NCBI GenBank assembly: GCA_021432655.1
Contig: MU271518.1
Coordinates: 1 to 44,506 of the forward strand
Direction of reading: 5' to 3'
DNA from: Atractiella rhizophila
Taxonomy: Eukaryota
DNA: 44,506 nucleotides
Notes under the pieces: model-generated
Databases searched by the model: none
What the model was told of the DNA's origin: nothing
The model's input: only the letters and a program-made list of their open reading frames with translations
Position numbers and translations under genes: made by a program
Shown here: positions 31,826 to 42,474 of the stretch, piece after piece
Position numbering within the stretch: the stretch's first letter is position 1
Layout of the letters: each line of letters starts with the position of its first letter

Positions 31826-34800
31826 ATGAGGAATTGGAAATGGATTGCTGGCGCTATATTCGTCGCTGTCTACTGTACATATCAAGCAGCCTACAACCTT
31901 GCGCTCTCCAGCATCCAGTTTCTAGCTGAAATCCGCAACAAAAGTGGAGATCTTTGGAAATGTCGAATAAATGCACCTGGGGTCTTGTAGGCGTTCGCTT
32001 CCACTGCTGGGCAGATTGCTAAAGTGCCTACTCTACTGAAACGTAGGACGATAATCTGTCCTTAACACCATGTACACGTTACATCCTCCTCATACTCGTT
32101 CCGTCGGCTCTAGTCTTACTTTTTCAGCTTCTGTACGACATTGGATTCTCTAGATGGCTCATCTGGCGTCGGATTACAAGGCCATTCCGAGATTATATGC
32201 AGCTAGAAGACATGGAAGAATACATCTCTGATGGGGGATTAACAATTAACGTCTCACCTTGGAAAATTCGAATGCTCAAGATCCTCCTCGTTATGACCTC
32301 GTTCCTTGGAATAGGAAAGACTATTGCAGGCGTCGGAGGGACGAGCGAGAGGCAATGGACTTGGATTTTAGGGGTTCAAACTGTCGTTTCTGTTGGTATC
32401 CTTCCCCCCACTTCTTTGTGGCTGAATCACGTCCTCCTGCAGCTGTACTACACGATGAAAACACACATTCGCACTCCAACGCAATGTCCTCTGCTTCTTA
32501 CGACGCATACCATTTTGCTCGCCTTTAACTCTGCAATAGCGATGTACGTCATGACGCAAAAGAGCTGGCTGTGCTTCTTCGACATTGTTCTCTTCCTCAC
32601 CACTTCTCTCGAAACCGTCCTTCTCTTCAGCTTCCCGCTTCTACCTCTCGCTCCATCCAAGAGGACTTTCCCGCTCTCTCATGCCGCACAAAAGGCATTG
32701 ACGAAGCGGTTCCGCTCGTATCAATCTCCTGAAGACGTGACAAACTTATGGGAGTGGACGACTTTCTCTTTCGTCGATCCGCTGCTGAAGTTGAGTGGGG
32801 TGGGAACGCTAAGAAAAGAGGATGTGTGGGATTTGCCTCCTGGATTTAAGCATAAAAACCTATTTAAAAAGTTCGTGAAACGACAGGAGGAGAATGAGAA
32901 GAACGGCAAGAAGGAATCACTAATTTGGTTCCTTCTGAAAAGCAACAGCCTGGATCTGAGCATCGACCTGAGTGTAGAAATGTTTCGCTCATTTGCTGGT
33001 TTGTCTTCCTTCGCTCCCCATGCAGAAAACACTCCCACATTTTCTTTCAGGTTTTGTTCCGCCATACGCACTGTCGCGAATCCTCTCCCTCCTCCAATCA
33101 ACCGACCCGAATTCCACGAAAAAAGCCTACCTGTATGCGCTCCTTACCTTTGTTGCACACATGTTATTCGCCCAGCTCGACCTCTGGAAGCAATGGCATT
33201 CACGCCGTTGTTACGAACGGACGAGAGGGCAACTATTCTGCCTCCTACATTGGAAGGCGATCAAGGCGAGAGATACAAGCGGGAAGGTCGAAGGCATCGG
33301 GTCGGGAAAGAGAGGGTCGGGGATGGGGAGGGTAAGTAATTTGATGAGTGGAGATACATATTCAGGTTCGTTTCCCTCCTTTACCTTGTGGTTATGCGAT
33401 TCATGAGGAATAACTTGAAGTGGCACAACGCTTCTGGGACTTTTCGGACGTCTTCACTGCGCCGGTCAAGCTCACAATAGCCCTGATCTTTCTCTATGAG
33501 TACCCGCTCTCAATTTCCCTCCGTGCCTACAGTCGCTGAGTCCAACGCTAGAGTTCTTGGCCTTGCAAGCTTCGCAGGTGTCGCAGTCGTTCTCCTGGCT
33601 TACCTCCTGAACTACCCACTTGCTCGCTGGAACATCAAGTTGACTCGAGGGATGTGGACGGCACGAGACGAGCGGATGACGCTTGTGAACGAACTTATCA
33701 CCTCGATTCGATTCCTCAAATACATGGGTTGGTCATCCCATTGGAAGGCGAAGGTCCAATCTGCTCGAGACGACGAGCTCAACTGGAGAATCAAACAGAA
33801 CGTCCTTGGAAGTGCTATATCTTTCATTTGGCTCTGGTTACCTTCTTGCGTCGTATTAGCCGCCTTCTCCACCTTCACGGTTATCCTCAAACAACCCTTG
33901 ACCGTCTCTAAGGCGTTTGTGGCTATACAGATATTCAGCCAGCTTCAAGCCCCAATGTCCCAGCTCCCGAACGAAATATTTGCTCTCCTGCAGGCATGGG
34001 TATCGATGTCCAGAATTCAAGCATACCTCCAGGAGGAAGAAGTGGAGGATTGGGCTTCCGCTGTCAAAGGGGCAGAAGAGTCCTTGGGCTCCGAGGATGG
34101 AACGGTTGGTTTCGAGAACGCAAGCTTTAAGTGGCATATCATGGAAAAGGGGAGGGATAAGTCGGAGGTGGAGGAAAGCTTCACACTTGGACCTCTGGAC
34201 TTGGATTTCAAAGTTGGTGGATTGAACTTGGTATCCGGACCGATCGGAAGCGGGAAGTCCAGTCTGCTCAGCGCGCTGTTGGGAGAGATCCCAAGGGTGC
34301 AAGGAAGGGTGCTTGTCGACAAGAGGAACCATAATGTTGCATATGCAGGCCAACAACCTTTCCTTGAGTTTGCCTCCATTCGAGAAAACATTGTCTTCCA
34401 CTCGAGGTGGGATGAACAGAAATATTGGGCTACAGTCAAGGCATGCGCTTTACAGCCGGACTTGGATATGCTGGAAGATGGAGATATGACTGGTACGCGT
34501 TCTCGTTTAAGAGCGCAGGTCGCTAACGAGGACTCTAGAGGTCGGCGAGAAAGGTGTCCAGCTCTCTGGTCGGCTCAAGTTCAACCTTTACAGAAAGAAA
34601 CAAAACTGACCAAAGCTTAGGTGGTCAAAGAGCACGCATTAGGTACTTTACCACAAATGCAGTCTTACAGGTGCTGACGACCCCACAGCCTTGCAAGAGC
34701 AATATACTCTCAAGCGTCTGTGAGTTGTCACCCATCCCCCACTGCTTTTGTGATCGTGGTTCCAGTTGATATTACTCGATGACCCGTAAGATTTCCAATC

Positions 34801-37490
34801 ACGTCAAACTCATTGTAAGAAACGGTTGTGCGCAGGCTTGCAAGTGTCGACATGCACACAGCAAGGCACATCTTCGAGCATTGCCTTTCTCCCTCAGCCC
34901 CCCTCATTGCCGGCCGCACCGTCATCCTAGTCACTCATCATGTTTCTCTCTGCCTGCCAGCTACCGAATACTTAGTTGAGATGCGGGATGGAAAGGTGAT
35001 CCGCAAGGGAGACGTTGAGGAACTCAAAAAGCGAGGATCGCTCATCAAAGTAATAGAAGACGAAGATATAAGTGAAGAAGAAAGTGGTACTTCATCCGAC
35101 AAGACGACACTCGCTGCGAACGACGCGGACGAAGCTGTCAACAGCAAGCCAACAGTGGCGGCGGAGAGACGGGAAAGGAAAAAGGTCGAGGACACGGAGA
35201 CGCAAGCGGAAGGTCGAGTGAATTATAGGACATACCTCCTCTACATGAAGGCAGCCGGTTGGATTTGGTGGACGTTGACCATTATCCTCCTAGTTCTTAT
35301 CCGACTAATCAACGTCGGCAACCAATTCTACCTTGCGAAATGGACGGAAGCGTATAATGTTGCTCTGAGAATTGTAGCTTTCTTCGTTACTCCATCTCGA
35401 CGCGTTTATGCTCTCACTTCGGACACCATCCTATCAGCCGCCTTACCACCTCCCTCAGAGAATGTTACTCCGTGGATACTCATATATCTTTCTATCTCGG
35501 TTCGATTCCGTTTTTCTTTACACCCCTTCAAGGTTGACATCCGCACATAGATGGCCGGCGCATTTGCAGCTCTGGCTTATATAGTCATCGGTTATGTCTC
35601 GTCCCTTCGAGCATCGCGGGTGCTATTCACCTCTATGCTATCCAGCGTTGTTGGATCCCCGACGCGTTTCTTTGATATATCTCCCACAGGGAGGCTCCTC
35701 AACCGTTTCGTCTCTGACATTCGAGCTTTGGATGATGCACTCAACAACTCCTCACGCACAGCGATATCAGGCACCTTCCAGTTTTTGATCAGCTTCGGCG
35801 TGATCGTTTACGTTATCCCCATTTTCACGCCATTTGCTCTCGTTATTGCTTTCATGTATATATACATCGCACCTCCATTCGTCAGGACTGCGAGAGACCT
35901 CAGGCGTCTTGAGAGCATATCGTTGTCACCAGCTTTCAGTGGATTTTCCGAACTTCTTTCAGGCCTCCCTCATATTCGTGGTTATGGAATGGAGATCAAA
36001 TATCAAGACAGGTTTTATGATCGCGTGGACCTATTTCAAAGCATGGATCATGCATACTGGTTGGCCCAGATGTGGCTGAGGTCAGTTATCTGCCTTCTTT
36101 AGGTAGCTGCTCTGAAAATTGATAGGTATCGGTATGATGTGCTCGGATCGCTTGTCGTCTTCATGACAACATTATTTGCTTTATGGAGTGAGTTGGATGC
36201 GGGGAGAGCAGCCGTTGTGATTGTCCAGAGTGGAGTATTCGCAGATGCTAGTCGACAGTTGGTTAAAGTATTGGCACAAGCGGAACTTGACTTTAATTGT
36301 GCGTCACTATCTTTCGAATCGTTACCCTGAGTGAATGGCCCGATGATAGCAATTGAGAGGATCAAGGAATATCTAGACTTAGTCCAAGAAGCTCCAGCTC
36401 AACGTCCAGAAACACGCCTGCCTGCTCACTGGCCTTCAACTTCAGGCGCGATCGATGTGGAGAACCTTTCCGTTCGATATTCCCCTGACCTCCCGATCGT
36501 GCTCAAAGGCATCAGCTTCTCTGTCAAACCAGGGGAGAAAGTTGGAGTCGTGGGAAGGTACTTGAATTCTGTATTGCATCCCCCCCGACTTACTCATTTT
36601 GCTGTAGGACTGGTAGCGGGAAAAGCACACTTGCTATGGCGTTATTGAGGATCGTAGAACCTATGAGCGGTCGGATTTTGTGAGATTTTTTGCTCATGTC
36701 ATTCCGACTTCCTCAAGGTTCCTGTGACAGGTTGGATGGAATCGATGTCTCCACAGTCGGTTTGGATGACCTTCGGAACGCGATTGTGTGTTGTTGCTCA
36801 CCACATTCTGCTTCGAACTAACTGATCGTTTGACTGAGACCATAATCTCTCAAGATGTATCCCTTTTCGCAGGAACTGTGCGCTCCAACCTTGACCCATT
36901 TGATGAACATGAAGACAAGGAGATTTGGGATGTTCTCCGCCTTTGCCATCTCGCACCACCTCCTTCCCCCAACCCCGCAGCACCAACCACAAAATCGGCG
37001 ATCATAACCTCTCTTGATCAGCCAGTCTCAGCTGGTGGCGCTTCTTTTTCCGCAGGAGAACGCCAGCTTATCGCGTTGTCACGGGCGATGTTGAGAAGAA
37101 GCGGTTTTATCATACTTGATGAAGCATCATCGAGCATAGACCTAGACACGGACAACAAGGTTTCTCTTTCTTCTGTCTATCGCTTGTTGTAGCGCGCTAA
37201 TCGCGTCGCGCAGATCCAAAAAACGATAAGGAACGAGCTGGGAGACACCCTCGTCCTCACAATCGCACATCGTCTAATCACAGTTGCTGGTTCGTCTCTA
37301 CCTTCCCCATGTCGCCTAAGGCTAATGCCTCAATTCAGATTATGACCGTATCCTCGTCCTGTCGGCGGGGGAGATCCTTGAATTCGACACTCCTCGCAAT
37401 CTATTCGCGAACAAAAATAGCGTTTTCAGAGAATTGTGCATGCGGTCGGCAGACTGGGAAGCACTCTCCAAAATACTGAATGGCTCATAA
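31826..37490 (+). CDS. ABCC (MRP-type, Ybt1/Bpt1-like) full-length ABC transporter (alternative start 31778)
   Basis: N-terminal TM extension and SPED...WEWTTFSFV. NBD1 has GPIGSGKSS, LSGGQRARISLARA and LLDDP; TMD2 has PTGRLLNRF; NBD2 has GRTGSGKS, FSAGERQL, ILDEASSSID and TIAHRL. Stop TAA at 37488-37490. Confidence 0.92.
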
Positions 37491-37591
37491 CTTGAACTTC
37501 GTGGGCCAGTGCACAGATAGAGTCTGTAATGGAATAAAAATACAATTTTGCAACATCTATGTGTCGGATAAGTTAAAACAAATGTCCAATT

Positions 37592-40041
37592 TTACAAATC
37601 TCGGTCAACTCTCCTTTCCTCCGCCTCCCCTTTGGTGGTCCCGAAGACCCTCTCTTTTTCGCCTTCTGTCAGGCCATAACCCCTCTCTAATTTTGCCAAA
37701 CACGGAGCTTGAAACAAGGAGCCTTTCACGAACCCAACAACAGTTGGACCGATGACCACAACAAAGAAGAATCCTACGGTAGCCGTCATTATCGTTCCCA
37801 AAGCGCTACTTCCAGTCAGCGAGGCTCCGGGGACGGGAGAAGGAAAGAGCTTACTTGAAAAAAGGGCTTTTGAATGTATCGCCCAATCCGAAAGTGAGGA
37901 GAGTCATACTGCCTATGGGAAAGGTGAAGCTCCACCATCCAATGGAGAACTCGATGCCGCTCCTTCCTCCTTTGCCCTCTGCTCCGCCGACGCACTCTCT
38001 ACCTTCTCCCTCCGCTCCCCACAAGAACCTGGGAAGCAACGTTGCGGCAGCGAGAGCAAACCACCACATCCCCAATCCCCAAAATAAGAGGCTTAAAACT
38101 GCACCTGCGCCATACATGGCTTTTCCAAGCTCTCGAAGCCCTTCATCACTATTTTCAGCAAATAGGGAAGCGGCGTCCTTTCCCAGGCGTAGGAGAGAGA
38201 AGCCACCTTGTCCACATGGCCCGAGAGGAAGGAAGACTGTGAGAAGCAACGAAGGTGCGGGGAGATGATGATGTGCAAGTCGTTGAAAGTAGAGGGTGAG
38301 GATGGAATAGGCTAAGAGAAGCCCTATGCCGAGGACGGCGTAAGAGGCGAGGAGGATTACAAGGGCATAAGTTGCGTGCCCTTCGGCGTGCAAAGCAGGT
38401 ATGATGCCTGATCCGGAGGCAGCAATCGTGATCGGTGGGACTGTGATATTACAATGTTATATGACGCGCCGAACGCTTTTGAGCGAGATCAGAGAGACTG
38501 ACCGATAGGTAGAAGCCAAAGCGCGGTCATCCCCTCTGGTTTATGCGACTGTCGAGTGCTCATGAAAAATGGTACGCCAACGACTGTCAGAACAGCTAAT
38601 GTCCCTGCAATCCACCATAGTGTTGAGGTGACAATAGTGACATGTGGAAGAGAGTAGGAGTGGCCGAGTTGATGAATCCCAGTTACTATTGTCCTGTGCT
38701 ACGGAGTTGAGTTGAGTTTGAAATTGGGGAAATGGGAAAGCTTACACTAGACCCATCTATTTATGTGACGGACTGTCTCTCAGTATGTTTAAGTAGGCGA
38801 AAAAAAGACTTGCTGGTATAGTCTGCTCAAATGTCGTTAGGTCTAAATAGGAAAAGGAGGAAAACCTACGCCAAGGAACATGCTATGGACCTCGTTGGAT
38901 ACTAAAGCCGGCAGCAGTTTGGGAAACATGATGTATCGTGCGATAGTGAAGAATGTGAAAAGTGCGGCAAATGCAAGATTGATCACGAAAATGACGGTAG
39001 AAATGATCCGTAGAACGCCGTGGGTGTCGTATGGTATGTCAACTGGGATTCGAGCACTTAATACTGCTTAAAAGCATGGAAACAACAAGGAAGCGACGCA
39101 CAGATGAGATTTGAAAGTATGCCAGTGCCCATGATTACACTATCAACCCACCATCAGTCGCCGATAAGACGAACAAGAAGCTTGTGAAAGCACAGCGGAA
39201 ATTAAGCTGCTCTGTGTGCTAAAGACGAGAAGACAGAGAAGTTTGAGCTTGTTTGCACGAGTGTAAAACAAATTACTACTGACTGTGCCCATGCGGAAGC
39301 AGCCCTCCTCCATCAAAATCCTCATCTATCCTAACAATTAAGGCTATCTTGGAATCATTGAACGATCAGAGTCATTGAGAAACAACTTATAGTAAGACAT
39401 CACCTGTCATGCAGGTTTGTTTTTGTTGAACTTGGAACGCAGGTGAGAACCAAAACAATGTTGAGATCAGTCGGGGACATATTGTCCTTCTCTTACATTT
39501 TTTCAGAGCAACTCAATGAAATAAAGAGTTTGACAAACAATAACACAATAAGGAGTACATCACCGCAGCATTGCTGGTAGCGAAACATAGGAACCAAAGG
39601 ACCAGCGATTCCGATCGAAGAATGCACTTCTGCCCCGTTTTGCATAATGGCGGACCATTCTGATCAAATAGGGCATAAGTATAATCAAATGACAGTTGAA
39701 ATGACAGGTTGACATTTGCGAAGCTAGAATAGGTCATCCAAACTTCTGCGGGGAAGTAGACTGGGGTTCCTCATAGGAGGATGCAAGGAGAGGACATGAG
39801 ATAGCCACTCGTGAGACAGCTTGGTGATGAAGAGAATCACCGGGCACAGTCTTCCAGATTCATGAAATGCCCTTAACTATACAAATATGTAAAATTGGAC
39901 GTGATGTCCAAATAGAAACCCGAGATATTCTAGTCAATCCAAGCAAAGAGCTTACCTCCACCAGCCAGGCGTAAACCTCAGTATTCGATTCCTAATCCCC
40001 CATGCAGGCTGCGAGATATAGTAAGGGTTGGACGAATCCAT
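37592..40041 (-). CDS. TDT/SLAC1-family transporter (Ssu1 sulfite efflux / Mae1 C4-dicarboxylate type)
   Basis: RILRFTPGWWSVIMGTG, FLGTIPMGLVTIV (via microexons), MTALWLLP, FLPLGPCGQGGF, FSIGWWSFTFPIG and LFQAPCL. Confidence 0.88.
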
Positions 40042-40859
40042 CTTTTGTGGTTGCTCTAGCTGAAGTTGATGTGGCAATGTCAATGATAATTTGAGAAACT
40101 TCAGAAAGAGTGATCGTTTTTGTAAACGCGTCGAGGCAGCATGACTCTTGCTGACGCACACAGTTTTCGTGCGACATTGCCGGAAGCGGGCTTACGGTAG
40201 ACGGGGTACACCAGCAGGCTATCGTCTTTCCCAGCTTCAGCTTCACTATTCTGGGACTGCTGAGTGAGGGAGAGTGTGAGCGTCCTTAGTCAACTACATG
40301 CGCGTGATGCTCTCATCCTGCTGATTGTTAAGGTGGTGGCATAAATGTGTAGGGCCAAACTGTATGAAATATGAAAGATGGTGTCAGTCAGGCCGTTTCC
40401 TTACTTTGTTCGTTGTTTGCAAGTGGCCGGCTGGCTGGCTGAAGGGTTGAGCATCCGCCTCCTTTTACCTCAATTTTAACCTGGAACTTTTGCTCTCTGC
40501 TACTGCCCTGATGAAGGTTACATCATCCTCGAACCTCCTCATCACGATGCAAATGGCGCCGAATAGGCTATGGCTATGTGTACAGGTAAAAAAAGGAAAA
40601 TTCTATTCAGTGGAAGTGCTTCGAGATCTGGAATTGATAGTGGTACGCTGTATGAGCTCCTGCTCACAGTCTGACCTGTGCAATATCTCAGATTAGTCGA
40701 TTTCCATCCATATCTTTATCTAATTTGTTCTAGATATCTTGTCTGTCTATCAACTATCAAGGTTACAACGAATACAGACTTTTCTGTCGTGAAAGGACTC
40801 AGATACAACCTCTCAGTGTTCTCAACCCTCATCACTTCTGCCCTCTCACACGCTCAGCA

Positions 40860-41420
40860 ATGAGCGCAATGACAATCCGCCTGAACTTCCCCGGCCTTCT
40901 TCTGGGATCATTCCCTCAAACTCCAATGTAGTCACAACTTCGCCTCACCCAGTGTTTCCGTTTCCGTCATCTCCCACATTCAAGGTTGCCAGAGAGAATG
41001 CAGGTCGACTAGCGTCATTCAGCCTTGCTTCTCCTCGAACATTCCATGATGTGAACATAACGATCTGCTCAGTACCTCGCACTCTTTCTGGTCCACCACA
41101 TATGGCACGGCTTGCTTTATTGAAGATATCCATCTTCCACCGAGCGCAGTGTGGGTCTTCACAGGTTACTTCCCTTTCGCTATCCCGCTCGCATCCCCCC
41201 CAGACGCAAATTCTGGGCTGAATTACTCCTAGACTTGACCAACCCAGAAATTGAGCTACTCCCAGATTGTCTCTTATCTCTCCTGCCCTGTGTGGCGAAA
41301 ATGGAAGTTTTGAGATGCTTGGAGGTACTAGAAGAAGATGTGCCGTGGAGCGAACTGATCCAACCAGCGAGAGAAAAAGGAACTGAGACTCGGAAAATGA
41401 AACGACAAGGATTGAGCTGA
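40860..41420 (+). pseudogene. Possible decayed coding remnant (Leu-rich, several stops/frameshifts)
   Basis: Protein-like patches (FWAELLLDLTNPEIELLPDCLLSLLPCVAKMEVLRCLEVLEEDVPWSEL) without a continuous frame; family not recognised. Confidence 0.25.
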
Positions 41421-41574
41421 CACAGTGGAGAGAGGTATGTGGGCGAAGTTGTAAAAGAAGATGTGCCGTGGAGCGAACTGATCCAACCAGCGAGAGAAAA
41501 GGAACTGAGACTCGGAAAATGAAACGACAAGGATTGAGCTGACACAGTGGAGAGGTATGTGGGCGAAGTTGTAA
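41332..41574. repeat. Two-copy tandem repeat (123 + 120 bp)
   Basis: aagaagatgtgccgtggagcgaactgatcc...gggcgaagttgtaa starts at 41332 and 41455. The copies differ only by a 1-nt and a 2-nt slippage indel. Confidence 0.95.
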
Positions 41575-41654
41575 ATTTCCTCCCTGGTAGATCCCATAAT
41601 ATAATCATGCTGGTCTCTTCGTTTCTCGTTTTATATCATGACATCTTGTATATG

Positions 41655-42224
41655 CAAATTGCAACGACTCCAATTCACAACACCTAAAATTTATAAAGAC
41701 TCGACTTGAAGAACTTGAAAAGCGGCAAGGACGTAAGAGCCCGTTTGGCTGCCAATTCAGCCTGAATTCGAATTTTGTGAATTGCCTGAATTGGGAATCC
41801 AATTCAAGCAGCTTCCTGAATTGAGAATTTGAATTCAAGCTGTTGCCAAACGCAATTCTGATTTGGAAAAATTTGCTTGCATTCGCTTGGCCGTGAGCAT
41901 GCCGCAACTGAGTCCTCACCCGCATTTTTTTGGTGTTTCAATATATTCCCGGTCATGGACAGGACCGAGAGAGGTGTCCGTTTCATCTCCCGGCAACGAA
42001 TTCAGGAAATTTAAGATCGAAATACAGCTCTGGAGCTCGATTTCGATTTTTGAAATCTTGGCTGGGGTGAATTGCAATTCACAGATTGAGAATTGCAATT
42101 TTTTGGCCGCCAAACGGTACGCTGAATTGCCTGAATAGGGTCAAATTGCAACGACTCCAATTTCACAACACCCAAAATTTATAAAGACTCGACTTGAAGA
42201 ACTTGAAAAGCGGCAAGGACGTAA
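41655..42224. repeat. Direct repeat pair 41655-41736 (82 bp) and 42142-42224 (83 bp) flanking a MITE-like insert
   Basis: caaattgcaacgactccaatt...gaaaagcggcaaggacgtaa occurs twice, with 1 substitution and 1 indel. Confidence 0.93.
41737..42141. mobile_element. Non-autonomous PIF/Harbinger (Tourist-like) MITE or remnant
   Basis: TAA|GAGCCCGTTTGGCTGCCAA at the left end and inverted TTGGCCGCCAAACGG at 42103-42117 (14/15 match). Dense GAATT/AATTC subterminal motifs and no coding capacity. Confidence 0.6.
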
Positions 42225-42474
42225 TATTGCTTGTTGTGGAAGGATGCGTCGGATACTTAACCCCGCAGTGTCTGTCTGATAGTTACACTATTCAAAGTTT
42301 CCCCAACGTCTGCAGCCAAAACCTGAAAGGTGGTAGCCTGAGGAAGATCCTTAAAGTAAGAGGTACACCTACCTATAATAAAGTGGAAACTAATCCGCTC
42401 AGGCTCGAGCTTCCCAGGCATTGTTGCTGAGATAGTCAGTATAACGCTGACGATTACTTACGTCTCATTGCAGA

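Noticed and set aside
37584..39900. 13-bp inverted match gtccaattttaca at 37584 and ~39888-39900
   Set aside because: Short and AT-rich, with no TSD and boundaries that cut through a gene; likely chance.
41332..42224. Repeats considered as a CRISPR array
   Set aside because: Eukaryotic context, only two copies each, units of 82-123 bp, and no spacers or cas genes.
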